Shown here piece by piece: positions 22,764-35,722 of a stretch of DNA of 52,664 nt. The notes under the pieces were generated by a model. The model had not been told where the DNA came from. It worked only from the letters and a program-made list of their open reading frames with translations, and did no database searches. Source of the stretch: Caecitellus pseudoparvulus (lineage: Eukaryota > Protista > Bigyra: Bicosoecida); contig CBFFRQ010000011.1 in NCBI GenBank assembly GCA_965644315.1, forward strand, positions 1 to 52,664. Direction: 5' to 3'. A program made the translations under genes and the position numbers. Numbering within the stretch: position 1 is the stretch's first letter; the number at the start of each line of letters is the position of its first letter.

Positions 22764-22998
22764 CCTTGACGATTGTAAATTCCGCACCGTTCGCCGAGCG
22801 CGTGCCCGTGCCTCCCGACCCCCAGTCCTTCCTCATACAAGCCTGGGAACTTCCGAGGACCACATGGATCCCAGTTCTGTATCGTTCACTTTGAATTGAC
22901 AAGGCAGTCTTTTCCCCAAGCCCCATCCTGCAGGCTGCGTGCTTGCACCAATAAAGCAGTCCCGTGCTTGCAAAGCCTTTGTCTGATGTCTCTCGCCC

Positions 22999-24123
22999 TC
23001 AGCAACCACGCCACGCGGCCTTCAGCATCACCATGACCCCTCTGCCTTGGCGCGTGCACGTCCCGCACCATGCCGCATCTCGGCCTGGCTGCAGGGCAGG
23101 CTCCCCCGCCTCCACTCTGGCCGCCAGGGGCACGGCCCGGGCCCCGGTGAGGCCCAGCAGCTCACGCACCACACCAGCATGGCCTGCAGAGCATGCAACT
23201 CTAAATCCATCGTCGTCCAAAGCATGGACATCCACTTCCTGATCTCCAGTCAGGCTCAGCAGGTGCTGCACGACGCCAACGTGTCCTTCCTTGCAGGCAC
23301 CCCGGAAGCCGGCTTCCTCCCCCGCATGGACGTCCACTGCTCGATCCCCTGACAAGGCCAGCAACGTGCACACCACATCCAGGTGCCCGTTGGTGCACGC
23401 CCAGCGAAGCCCTTCTTCCCCAGCGGCGTGCATGTCCACAGCCCGAGCCCCAGACAGCGCCAGCAGCTGCCGCACCACACCCAAGTGGCCGTACCTGCAC
23501 GCCCCTCGGAAACCAGCTTCGGTGCCTTCCCAGTCTGGTGCATGCACATCCACCGCACGATCCCCTGTCAGCGCCAGCAGTTCACGCACCACTTCCTCCT
23601 GCCCATGGTGACACGCCATGCGAAACCCCGACTCGGGCCCATGCTCGTCCCCCACATGCACGTCCACAGCCAAAGACCCTTCCAACAAGAGCAGCTCACG
23701 AACAACATCCACATGGCCGTATCTGCAGGCCCAGCGGAAGCCGGCAAAGGGCCCCTTCCAGTCCGCTGCGCTCACGTCGGGTGCCCGATCACCCGTCAAC
23801 GCGAGGAGTTCCCGCACCACAGCAGTGTGCCCAGCGGTGCACGCATCCCGAAAGCCTGCTTCAGCACCAGCCCAATTCTTGGCGTGCACGTCTACAGTGC
23901 TGCTGCCCTGCAGCGCAAGCAGGCCTCGCACAAGCCCTACATGCCCAACTTCGCAAGCCACAAGGAAGGCTGCTGATGAATCCTTGCATGACAGGTCTTG
24001 GGCTGCGAAGCCTGTGCCCTCAGCATCACCACAGAGCAAACCATACAGTGTTTCGATGTCCTTCGCCTTGCACGCATTCTGCCACTGCTTTACTGCGATC
24101 GTCGAAATGCACTTGGCTGCCAT
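22999..24123 (-). CDS. Intronless ankyrin-repeat protein 3 (about 374 aa)
   Basis: Same family. ATG at 24123 is chosen by alignment with the paralogs; an alternative ATG lies at 24198. Confidence 0.9.
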   Translation of the reverse strand: MAAKCISTIAVKQWQNACKAKDIETLYGLLCGDAEGTGFAAQDLSCKDSSAAFLVACEVGHVGLVRGLLALQGSSTVDVHAKNWAGAEAGFRDACTAGHTAVVRELLALTGDRAPDVSAADWKGPFAGFRWACRYGHVDVVRELLLLEGSLAVDVHVGDEHGPESGFRMACHHGQEEVVRELLALTGDRAVDVHAPDWEGTEAGFRGACRYGHLGVVRQLLALSGARAVDMHAAGEEGLRWACTNGHLDVVCTLLALSGDRAVDVHAGEEAGFRGACKEGHVGVVQHLLSLTGDQEVDVHALDDDGFRVACSAGHAGVVRELLGLTGARAVPLAARVEAGEPALQPGRDAAWCGTCTRQGRGVMVMLKAAWRGC

Positions 24124-24391
24124 GGTGGAGCAGTTTCCGCACGAATCAACTGTGGATGCACTCCAGGCTGTGCCGAGCCAAGATGCCAGTGCGGCCATGG
24201 ATTGTGTGGTATTTTCTTCGTGTTATGCATCATTGTCATGATCTGCCCACAAGCTGTCTTCCCTGGGGGCGCGGGGGGGGAGGCTGCTAGGCACTGATAC
24301 TCTGGGTCTGGCTTTCTGCTGCAATGGTGCTGGAAACTGAAACCCTCAGGCAGCAGCGGCCCCAGGCGCGCCAACCCCGCCGGCCAGTGAA

Positions 24392-25503
24392 TCAAGCCGC
24401 CCTCACGTTGATGGTGCCACAATCTGGCCCGGCGTACCCGCGAAAGCACTCACACGTGCCACTGGTGTGGTCGCACGTGCCTCTGTTGGAGCAGTCGACG
24501 TGGCACGCGTTGCCCTCTGCGCCAAACAGCACGCCGAGTTGGGACTTTAACGTGGCTGCATCAGGCACCCCAGGTGGCAGTTCGCAGTTCGCGTCGGTCT
24601 CAGCCGCTGGGTCGTGGTGGCATGGGCTGCCGACTCTGCTCTTTTGCCGGTTCGTGGCGGTGTCGGCATAGACCGCACCATGCCACTGGGCCCCATTCTG
24701 TGACTTGTACGCGCAGTGTGTCTCTACGCTCGCGCTTGCAACGTTGGATACAGTGCTGGGGTCGTCCGAGGACGGGCATCGGCCTGCGAAGGGAGGCGGT
24801 TGCCGAGCAGTGTGGCACCATGAGCAAGAGCAGGCTCACAACACACGCTGGCCACCTACGCAGACTGCAGTCGACCCCGAACCAGGAAGTTGCCTGCACG
24901 TCTGATGGCCCGAAGCCCACACTCCAGGCGCTGTCACACACGCAGCCATGCACCTTGGTCGCATCCCAGCGACTGCTGGCTGCAGCAGAGTACTCCCCAC
25001 CAGGTCCAAGGGGCAACGCATGGCCTTCAATAGCGGCTTGTTTCATTGACAGGCAGCGCCCATGCCCAGAGCAGGCATTGGGGCATGCGGAGCGCTGGCA
25101 GGCGGCGCCAGTGTACCCCGCGAAACAACGGCATTGGCCAGTGACCCGGTTGCACAGCCCCTTGCCCGAGCACTCTGCTTGTGGCCGGGTAAAGGTTGTT
25201 CCTGTTGGTAGCGGTGCCCAGGCAGTGCCAGTGGGGCACGCTCCTGTGCAAAGGCGGCATGCGTGCGTTTCACTCCTGCGTTTCTCTGCCCCCGCACAGA
25301 CTTGCAAACGCACGTTGCGAGCAATCAGGCGCTTTTTCCAGGGCAATGTCGCTGGCACTGCCCCATCCATCTTCACAGGCACACGTTTGCGTGTCTGTGT
25401 TGCAGGTGCCGTGTCCGCTGCAGTTGTTGAGGTGAGAGCAGGCACTGGAGGCCGCCGCGGCAGCTGCCGCACAGGCCACGAAAGCACAGACCAGTCCACG
25501 CAT
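24392..25503 (-). CDS. Secreted EGF-like, Cys-rich tubular mastigoneme protein (Sig1/Ocm-like family), 3 exons
   Basis: Signal peptide MRGLVCAFVACAAAAAA. Motifs ECSGKGLCNRVTGQCRCFAGYTGAACQR, CPNACSGHGRC, WDATKVHGCVCD, DCSLRRCPSSDDP and CSNRGTCDHTSGTCECF. Introns at 25244-25313 and 24784-24859 keep the frame. Confidence 0.8.
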
Positions 25504-25586
25504 GGTGTGACCTTGGAAGCAATACATGAGGAGCCAAGTGGCCCGATTCGCAAGGCAAGCACGTCCTGTGTGTTGCATTGTGGCGC

Positions 25587-26720
25587 TCACATCGTTGTGG
25601 CAAAGTGGTTCTCGTCGATGGTTGAGTACAGCAGCCCCTGCATGGCCAGGCTGTCCACCACCGTTCGCAGCGCTTGCTCAGTCATGCTGGTGCCGTTGGC
25701 CTGCAGGTGCTCGGCCACAGCACTGACACTGGCCCCTTCATCACTGGAAGCACCCAGCGCCTGGAACGCCAGCAGCACCTGCTGCTCCTGCCCGGCACCA
25801 GCTGCCGCAGGCTGCACAGCTGCCGACCCGGCGGTGAAACTGGGAGCTGCAGTGGGGTTAAACGCTGCGGGGCCCGCGCTAGCAGTGCCGCTAGTGGCGC
25901 CAGGTGTGATGAGGGGCCCTTTTGTGGCCAGCAAGTGTGCGTAGATGGCTGACAGCTGGTGGTGTGTCACTTCGTTCGTGTTGGCTACGGGCGCGATGTG
26001 GTGGCTGACCAGTGCGAGGTTGGAGCCCAGGGCCTTGACGGTGCCGACCACAGCGACGTACACACCCTCCCTGCACAAAGACAAAATGACAGTGCATGGC
26101 ACAGCGGGGTCGGGCGCTCCTGCAAGCCGCCGACACGCACTTGAGTTTCTCCTTGGTCTGCGCCCAGGCAAGGTCATCGCCCGTCTGCCACACCTTGATG
26201 CTGCACTGCCCCGTACCGTCTTCCAGCTTCAGCTGCACATGTGTGGTGTTCTCAGATGCCTCGGCAATGACAGCGACGATCTTAAAGTGCTGCGGTGGCG
26301 GCGGGTGGCGAGGGGGGAGTGCGGCAGCAGGCATGGCCGCGTGAAACGCCAGTGGCACGCACATGGCAATCCCGGCCGTCAATCTGGAAGGGGGACTCCT
26401 TGTTCGTCGTGTCGGGATTGGCTGCCTCCATTGCAGACTGCAGCTGCTTGATGGTTGCTGGGATGATGTTGCGTTGCTCCCGCAAGTTCTGCGTGGGGGG
26501 CGCTTGAGCAAGTGCTGGGCTGGGACGCCAAGCGCATTTGAAGCGGCGCCTCTCACGCGAGATGCTGGCGAGCGCATGGCGCCGCCGTCGCCGCCGCCGC
26601 CATCGGCCATGAACCCGCCGCCACCCTGACTGAAGCCTGTGAGCAGAGCGTGGCGCCGCGTTCCAGCGCATTGCGCGCGGGCTTCCACTCAGCAGGCCAC
26701 GCACCGCCTCCGAAGCTCAT
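25587..26720 (-). CDS. RPA2: Replication protein A 32 kDa subunit, 5 exons
   Basis: N-terminal GGGFM, IIPATIKQL, OB-fold LEDGTG...GVYVAVVGTVK...NEVTHHQL, and C-terminal winged helix GLLYSTIDENHF. Four GT-AG introns restore the frame. Confidence 0.93.
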
Positions 26721-27145
26721 GCTGGGCAAGGTTGCGGAAATAGAAACAAAAAGTAGACTGTAGCTGTTGACGGCACTGCAGGAGCGGTGACCTGTTGCGC
26801 AAGTGACAGAATGTTGCGATTAAGCTTTGGGCAACGTTTTCCAGTTAATCGTGTTTTGGCGGGGTGGAGAGCGGCGGCGTCGTCGACTATTGTGGCCTGC
26901 GGTGCTGCAGCTGGCACAATCCAACAGCTTGCGGCAGCAAATAAACAGCATCAATTTCTAAACAAGCTATGACCCGCGGGGAGCCTGCACGAATTCGGCT
27001 CTCTTTTTGCGGGCGCCACTCCCCTTGCGCCTGCCTGCTGTGGCAGCACAACCACTCGGCTCGGTGCAGGTGGCAGGCAACCAGGGCTCACCGACACTGT
27101 GGCACGGGTGTGGCTCTGGTCTCCTGAGCTTCAGAGTGGACCGCG

Positions 27146-30100
27146 ATGCAGGCTCTGCTTACTAAGGCTCTGAACCGCATTCGCGATGGCGCCAGTAGGC
27201 GGGACACTGAACTGAAAGATGCCTGCACCAGTGCTCTCAGTGCGTGACGGGATCAGGTGGCTGCCTGCCCTGCCACGCGCACTGGCTGAGCCTTGCCAGC
27301 TCTATCAAGATAGAGCTGCAATGCTGTGCACTTAAACTGCACAACCTGCCCCCCCCCTTGCCCCCTGCGCAGGCTCCCTGTCTCAACTCCCTGCAGAAGG
27401 GGACAGGTACGTTGGCCGGCGTGTTGCCGCCAATTCCGCGCCGAGGCTGGACATGTCCCGACCGCCATACCGTGCCCCCTGCACAGCCCCGCGCAAGCTG
27501 ACGAGTTCCTGCACCCCATTCACTTGGCACTGGCTCGAGAAGGCAACAGCACCGTGCGCATTGCTGCGCTGGACGTCGTGCAGAAGCTGCTGGCTCACGG
27601 GCACCTGCACGGGCAGAGCATCGTCCAAGTGGCAGCGGGGGAGGGAGCTGTATCAGAGGAGCCACTCATCAACAGCGTCGTTGACAGCCTGTGCCTGTGC
27701 AGGGGTGACTCCAGCGACCCTGTGCAGCTGCAGCTCATCAAAGCTCTGCTCACATGCACCACGTCCACCACCTGCGCGGTGCATGGGCGAGCTCTGGTGC
27801 AGGCAGTGTCCACAGTGGTGCACGTGTTCCTGGTCACGAAGAACGGGGTGAACCGCACGACGGCCAAGGCCTCTCTGAAGCAAATGATCAACTTCGTCTT
27901 CCAGCGCATGGAGCAGGCACGTGCTGCGGAGGAGGCAGGCGCTGCCGGCACCTCCGCTGCTCCCTCGGAAGCCGCCTCGGACGCCGCCCCAGTACCTGCC
28001 TCGGCAGCGGGCACTGCAGATGCGCTGTTCGAGTCTGATGCAGTGACGCTCTTTCGGGCCCTCTGCCGCATGTGCAGCAAGGAAGAAGGCGCCAGCGCCC
28101 TGGGCGGTGAGGATGGCGTGAGCTTGACTGCCAACACCCACGTGCAAGCCCCCAGCGCCCTGGCCTCACTTTTCACCGGCACCAAGACGCCTGCAGCGGG
28201 AGAGGATGACGCAGTCACACTGGCCTCGCGCCTGCTAGCGCTGGAGATGCTGTTCGGCATCCTGGAACGCGCGGGACCCGCCTTCCGCGGCGGCCTGCAG
28301 TTCCTGCAGGTGATCCAGGGCCAGCTGTGTGTGGCGCTGCTGCGCAACGCACTGCACAGTGTCTCCACAGTGGCGTCTCTGTCCCTGCGCATCTTCCTGG
28401 TGCTCCTGCGGTCCTTCAGCACGCAGCTGCTGCCCGAGATCGAGACCTTCATCACGAGGGTTCTCCTGCGCGTGTTGGATTCCCCCAGCACGGGCGCTGA
28501 GGTGAAGCTGCTGGTGCTGTCCGTGTTCCGGTCCATCGGCGCAGACGCCCGTGCCACCATGGAGCTGTTCTTGAACTACGACTGCGTGGAGGGGCGCTCC
28601 CGGGTGTTCGAGGCCATGACCCGCGCACTGTCCTCCATCGCCCAGGGACGCGCCAGTGACTCCTTCAACTCCACCCAGAAAACCGCCGCGGAAGCGTCAG
28701 CTGCCCGCAACGTCGCGCTGGACGCGCTCAGCAGCATGCTGGGCAGCGTCGTGGCGTACGCTGACGAAGCAGCAGCAGCCTCGGGCCTGCTGGCAGTCAC
28801 CGCCTCCGACGGTGAGGAGGAAGACGACGGTGCCACTGCGCCTGCCGCAGACGCAACACAAGGGGGCGAGTCCAGCCTGCCAGCTGCCGAGGAGGGGGAG
28901 GATGGGGAAGAGGACGAGGAGGACGCCGCGGCCCCCGCGTCAGGCCTGGCCACCGACTACGGCAAGTTGAAGCGGCGGCGAGCGCTGTTGGAGCGCGCCG
29001 CGTTGAAGTTCAAGTTGAAGCCCAAACGTGGCATCGCGTGGATGGTGGAGGTGGGCCTCATCGCAGACGACACTCCCGCCTCCATCGCCGCTGCCCTGTA
29101 CGAGTTCCGGGACAGCCTGGACAAGACTGCCATCGGCGTTTACCTGGGCGGGGACAAGCCCGTGCACTTGGAGGTGCTGGAAGCGTACGCGGCACAGATG
29201 CAGCTGCAGGGCATGAGCTTCGACGGCGCCATTCGGCACTACCTCACTGGCTTCCGCATCCCCGGCGAGGCGCAGAAGATCGACCGCATCATGGAGCGCT
29301 TCGCAGAGGTGTACTACCAGCAAAACCCCGGCATCTTCCCCAACGCAGACACGGCCTTCGTCCTGGCGTACTCTGTCATCATGCTCAACACCAGCCTGCA
29401 CAACCCCAGCATCAAGCTGGAGCGGCGCATGACGCCGGGTGGCTTCATCAACCAGAACCGCGGCATCGCTGACGGGCAGGACCTGCCAGAGGAGTTCCTC
29501 GTCGGCATCTACAACAGCATCAAGAGCGAACCCATCTCCCTGCGGGAAGACCAGGCCCTGCGTGCACGCATGGCGGCGCGGGATGGCAGCGCCAAGGTGC
29601 GCAAGGATGCGGGTGCGGCAGAGCGCGAGGCCATCCTGAAGGACGGCACGCAGGCCATGCAACGGGGCAGTGCGACGGGGTCGGGGGAGCCAGGTGGCTA
29701 CCGCAGCGCAGAGTGCGTGGCGCTGGACACCGTGCGGGCAGTGTTCGACGTCCTGTGGGGCTCCCTCCTCGCCGTCTTCTCCATCAACCTGGAGACGTCC
29801 AGCGACGCCACCCTGGTGCAGGCGTGCCTGGAGGGCTTTGCCAGCGCAGTGCACGTAGCTGGGCTGACAGGCATGACGACGGAGCGCGACGCGCTGGTCA
29901 TGTCCCTGGCCAAGTTCACGCTGCTGGACCAGCCGGGCCGGGAGATGCGCAGCAAGCACGTGGCGGCGGTGAAGACCATCATGCAGTTGGCCATCCAGGA
30001 CGGCCGCTTCCTGGGCGACGCCTGGTGGCCCGTCCTCACCTGCGTCTCCCAGGTCGGCCGCCTGCACAACTTGGCAGCCGGGGGCATGGCGGACTCAGCC

Positions 30101-33082
30101 TTCTTCCCGGGGCAGGCGCAGCATGGGCGAGGTGGCAGCCGAGGTTCCTGGCGACGGGGCAGCACGGGGGCCTCGGAGTCTGAGCGGGCCCGTGCCGTGG
30201 CCGAGGCCGCTGCGGCGGAGCGCGCCAACGCGCAGGCCATGGTGGCTGCCGTGCCAGAGGACTGGATCACGCGCGTGTTCACATCCTCCGCCCGCCTGGA
30301 CAGCTCCGCCGTCATGGAGTTCGTGGGGCACCTCGCCAACGTCTCCCTGCAGGAGCTGCACCTGCCAGCCATGCCCGGCGGCCTGCACGGCAGCGTCGCC
30401 GAGACACCAGGCAGCCCCACCGCCAGCAAGGGGCACGGCCGCCGGCCGTCCGACGCCACCAGCGTCTCCTCTGCCAGCACCATGGCGGGGGCGGGCGCCG
30501 GCGTGGCGCTGTCCCTGCACGGCCCGCCCGGTGCCGGCGCCTCACCCCGTGTCTTCTCCCTGCAGAAGCTGGTGGAGGTGGCCGACTACAACATGGACGG
30601 GCGCCCCCGTGTCATTTGGGCCACCATGTGGGATGCCCTGTCGCGCTACTTCACCGCCGTCGGCTGCCACGCAAACATCAACGTGTCCATGTACGCCGTG
30701 GACTGCCTCAAGCAGCTGACCATGAAGTTCCTGGGGCAGGGCGAGCTGAAGCACTTCCACTTCCAGCCCAAGTTTCTGGCGCCCTTCCTCGCCATCCTCA
30801 ACGCCCGCCCGCCCGCTGCGCCCATGGTGCGGGAGCTCGTCCTCAGCGTCTTCGGCAACATCCTGCGCAGCCGGGCAGACTCTCTCTCCAGCGGCTGGTC
30901 CACGCTGCTCCTCGTGCACTCGGCAGCCGCTGGGGACCGGGAGGAGGTGCTCGTCAGCGCCGCCTTCGACGCCATGCACGTGGTGATGACACACCACATC
31001 ACCGCCATCGCGCGGCACGGCGCCTTCGACAGCCTCGTGCGCACCCTCACCGCCTTCGCCGCCAACCCCGCCGCGCCAGAGCTGGTCGCACTGCGAGCTG
31101 TGGACCACCTGGCTGCCCTGGGCTCCATGGTGGCCCGTGGCGCCGTGCCGCTGACCAAAGAGGAGGCGGAGGCACCCCTGGCCGTGCCTGCCCCTGGCGC
31201 CCTGCCCGGCACCTACGATGGCGCCACCTGGTACAACTTGCAGGGGGAGGGGAACCAGGACCTGCAGGACATGGACACTGCCCACCCACCCCTGACACCC
31301 GCCCAGCCCGACGCCGACGTGGACGCCGCTCGGGCCCAACGGGGTGCCGCTGCCGCAGCCGAAGCTGCAGGTGCGCAGGGCGCCGCTGACGACGCCGTGG
31401 TGATGGAAGGCGACCAGGCCCTGTACTTCATCCGCGCCTTCACAGACAGCGAGGCGCACTTGCAGGCGTGGTGGCCGCTGCTGACTGGCCTGGCGGGGCT
31501 CGTCGGCGGCGTGCGAGTGGAGGTGCGCAACCGAGCATTGAACGTGCTCTTCGCCCTCCTGCGCCGCTTCGGACCAGGCTTCGACGCAGCCCTGTGGGCG
31601 CTGGTGTACTCGGGCGTCCTTCTGCCGCTGTTCGACGACGTGACACACGCCCCCGAGGACGGCGCCCCCACCGCCGCGCCAGGGCACATGTCCGAGAGCT
31701 CCTGGCTCAAGACCACCTGCATGGCGGCCCTGTCCAGCCTCGTGCGCCTGCAAATCAAGTTCTTCGGGCGCCTGCACCCCCAGCTGCCCTCCCTCCTGCA
31801 GCTGCTCAAGCGCACCATCCACCAAGACATCGAAGGCCTCGCCCGCATCGGCGTCGCCTGCCTGCAGCTGTTGCTGGCTGAGGCGGGCGGCCGCTTCGAC
31901 GCAGACGTGTGGGACCAAATCACTGCCACGCTGGCCGACCTTTTCGCCCGCTGCACGCCGCAGAGCCTGCTGGAAGCTCGCATGGTCCTGTGTGGCTCGG
32001 CAGCGTCGCCCCAGCCCGCCTCGGACGAGGAAGTGGAGTACCCCGACGTGCCCAGCCCCCAGCGGGCGCCAGTGCCTGGTGCCGCCGCACCCTCAGTCTT
32101 TGCAGGCGCCTCCACCAGCATCGCCCCCACCCTGCCCTTCGCGGGGCACGACAAGCACCTGGCGCCTGAGCTGGCTCGCATCCTGGCCCAGCGCCTGCTC
32201 AGCCGCAACATAACCACGACCCTGGGACGGGGGTCGGTCCTGGGCATTCGAGGTGACGGCGCCGCAGCGGTGCAGTTGGAGTGGGGGCTGCTGTTCGCAC
32301 CTCGTCTGGCGGCAGTGCTGGTCGCACCCACTGTGGAGGAGGTGCTGGCCACCAGCGCCAACCCTGACGCACCCCAGGCCGCGCCGGCTGTCTCCCTGCC
32401 CTTCAAATCCCAATCCGTCATCACCCAGTGCGTCGTGCAGCTGGAGCTCATCTCCTCGGTCGGCATCCTCGTGCAGAGGCACCTCGCCAACCTCAGCGAG
32501 CCACAGCTGGCCACCCTCGTCGCTGCCCTGCGTGACAGCGCAGCCTTTGCAGCCCGCTTCAACAAGGACCGCGACCTGCGCAGGGCACTGTGGCGCGCAG
32601 GCTTCATGCGCTTCAACAAGCAGAACAAGCTGCCCTCCCTCATGCGCCAGGAAACGTCCGCCTACATGCAGCTGGCGGCGCTGCTCTTCAAGCTGCAAGC
32701 AGGGCCAGACGGGGAGCACACAGAGCTCGTCACCCGCGAGCTCCGCCGCCAGTTCCGCACCACTGCCAAGCGCTTCAGCGCCCTCAGCACTGAGCGTGTC
32801 CAGACCCTCGCACGCTCCTCGTCCAGCAGGCCCAAGGCCTCTACAGAGCGGGAAGTCCTGCGTGAACTCACGGCATATGCGCCCTTCGTCCAGAGCCTGC
32901 TGCAAGGCTTGGGTGACATCCCCGATGAGACGCTGCAGTCGTGGATTTCGTGGCTGTACCCCGCCCTGGTCTCCCTCGCACCGGCAGCCAATCAAGAGGT
33001 ACAAGACCTCGTCGCTGCCCTGCTGCTTCGTCGCCTGCCGCCCCTAATGGGGCTGACCTTGGAAGGAGCCGATGATGCCTGA
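27146..33082 (+). CDS. Large Sec7-domain ARF guanine-nucleotide exchange factor (BIG/Sec7 type)
   Basis: DCB (VQLQLIKALL), HUS (LFLNYDC), Sec7 (FRIPGEAQKIDRIMERFA; AYSVIMLNTSLHNP) and HDS (FSLQKLVEVADYNM) motifs. Predicted start at ATG 27146 with two short 5' introns (27240-27372 and about 27407-27486). Confidence 0.95.
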
Positions 33083-33255
33083 AAGCAACCAGAGCCGGAA
33101 AATGTGCCGCTTGGTTTCCAGCTGTCTCTGCAATGCACTTGCGATGAATTGCAAATCGTACGCGCAGCCTGTGCAACCACACCAAACAGACACAACCCTT
33201 GATCGCCAGCCCTTTCGCACCGAAGGGCATCCGACCGCCGCAGCAATGAAGGCAT

Positions 33256-35566
33256 TCAGTTTGCGACACTCTGCTGCCCCAATTTCTGTGGTTCCTTCTT
33301 TTGATGCCTCTCGGGGCTGGAGAGCATTTCCAGCTTTGCACACTCTCGCTTCGGCAGCGATTGCTTCCCATCGCGAGCGTGCGACTGGACCGGTGCCCGC
33401 TGAGCCCAAGAGCCACCAGGCGAAGGATGCCTGGCCTTTCCCGCTCTTCCCTTGTATACTGAGCCCTTTGGCCGAATTGGCGACAGGTGCGGCACAGCCA
33501 TGACAGTTCCGGTGCTGGCTCGCTGGCACAGACGCGACAGCGTGTCTCGTCGCTGGTAGGATGACTCGCTTGGATCTGCTCTGCGCTGCGCTGGGTGTGC
33601 ACGTGATATTGACAAGTCGTCATCAGGGACTGTGTCTGATCCGCCTGATCTCCGTCGTGAAGCGCTGGGGCGGTCCGTTGACAAGTACCGCTCTTTGAAG
33701 CCTGGATCGTAGAGTGAGGCAACCTTGCGGAGTCCGCCTCGCGTGGCAGAATCTTTTGAGCGCAGACTGCTGCGCCACGTTGACTGCCGCCTGTTGCTAT
33801 ATTGCAAGGTTGAAGGAGCCTGAGAGACATCCCTGGCTGAGCTGTGTGCTGCTCGACCCTGACTCTCAACGGACGAGGGGTGCTGAGCTTCCGCGCGGGC
33901 TCTGGCAAGCAGCGGAAGCAGTGGCAGGCTGGGACTTCGGGACAGAGGCGGAGTATCCACACCCCCAAGTGCGTCAAGCTGTTTCGACGTGGAGACTTGT
34001 GGGGCAACATGTGGCTTTAAGAAGCGCGGGTGCTGAGAGCTGGAGCGCAGGGCAACACCTCGTTCCACCGGCCCTGGCCTGAGCCCAGAGGCGAGTGGTG
34101 ACAAGTACGCCGATCGGAACTTCGCCCCCCTGTGTTGCGTGTTCATCGGCGTTAAACTTGCATCGCCGCCTGGCAGCACCATTGCTGTCTCTCGCGATCC
34201 TGCTTTGGGATGGGCGCCTTGCACTAGCACGAGCGGCTTGCCGGAGTCACTCCCACGACAGAACCCCGTTCCCCGCAGGCTCCCACCCCGCACGAGGCTT
34301 TGATAGGGAGGTGCTACTGGCTTCAAACCCCCAGAGGCTTGAGCCCGCGCAAGCCCCCCATGCAGACTGGCAGCTTGGCTCGCTTGCGCTTCCCATCTGC
34401 GCTCCTGCAGGGAACTCGCCTCGCGTAGCTTCTGAGAGGCCCTCCACGGGATGAGCTTCAAGACTGCACAAGCAGGGAGGATGAAGGCTATCACCTGTCC
34501 CTGGGCGATGACGGACATGCTGTGGGGTGCACACTGCAGGCTGGCATGGGCGCCGTACGCCACCGGGGCACAGCCAGAACACAGAGGCAGGGACGGGCGT
34601 CCCACGCCCTCCTCACGCTGCACAAGCACCTCTCCAGAAGCAACAATGACGATGCACTGATCATAAGTACCTTGCCGCAGCAGTGTGTCCCCCCGGCGAT
34701 AGTAGCCCGTGCAGCACACCTCTGCAAGCAGGACACGCTCAGACTCCCGCATGCTGGCGAAGCCGTCCACGCGGGCCAACGCAGCAGCACGCATGCGCAC
34801 TTCCGGCCGAGGGTTGAAGTAAGGGCCTAAAGCGGACTCTCTAAATGTTGCCGTGTGGAGAATCAAGACCTCTGCCCCAGCACAGGCGACAAACGTTGCT
34901 GGGCTTGGCAGAGTTTCCCCTTCCTTTAGCGTGCTGGAGTCCAAGCATGCCTGCTCCCCAAACACTGCGCCTGACTTCAAGCTAGCGAGTGCTGTAGATC
35001 TTGCGTCTCGGACTTCCACTTCGCCCGCCCGCACGAACCACAGGGCTTTGACGGGGTGTCCACAGTGCAGCACGACGCCCCGCCGCTGGAACTTGCGGAT
35101 CTCCATGCGGCTGCACAGGACGTCCTGCAGGCGCGAGTCCAGAGAGCGCAGGAGCCTGGACTTTTGTATGAAGCTCATGAGTCGCTCGTGGTTCTCGACC
35201 TGTGATTGGCGTTTCGGGGGTGGCGCGTCCGGCTTGCCATTGCGCCACTGAAGGTTTGAGCAAAGCGCTCCTCGACACACCACGCACCTGTTTTCGCTTG
35301 GACCGCGCTCGAACCATGCGCCTGATCGCCAGAATGGCGGACAGGACATGCATGAAGGGAATTTTGGGGTCCACAAGTCTCCGCAGGGTCCGCAGTCCTT
35401 CCCCTGGCTGCTGACTGTTGCTTTCGACATCAATTTCCGCAGCAGCTGCAGCGGCGGCCTCCTCCGCCACCGCCGCCGCCGTGGGCAGCACATACTGCCG
35501 CTGGTGTCCGAGGTCATCTGTGAATATCAGTCGACACCTTCTGCCGCGCTGCAGGGGTGTGAACAT
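33256..35566 (-). CDS. Protein with two cyclic-nucleotide-binding domains and a disordered C-terminus
   Basis: LWFVRAGEVEV...GAVFGEQACL and YRRGDTLLRQG...IVASGEVLV. A probable 40-nt intron at 35248-35287 links an upstream exon. Start uncertain. Confidence 0.7.
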
Positions 35567-35722
35567 GCCCACGTGGTACGCTGGTGCGAAGATCCTGCCA
35601 GTGACTCGCTCACAAGCCCAGCCAACACTCCCCAACGTGGGCAAGGAGAGCGCAAAGCGGCTGGAAAAGATACTGTGCACCAACACACGGCGAATTGGAT
35701 TTCAAAAATACGTTTCTCACGC

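Noticed and set aside
27595-33004. Long antisense ORFs over the Sec7 gene (also 17044-18411, 24574-25944, 42594-43727)
   Set aside because: These are shadow ORFs expected opposite GC-rich coding sequence and have no recognisable motifs.
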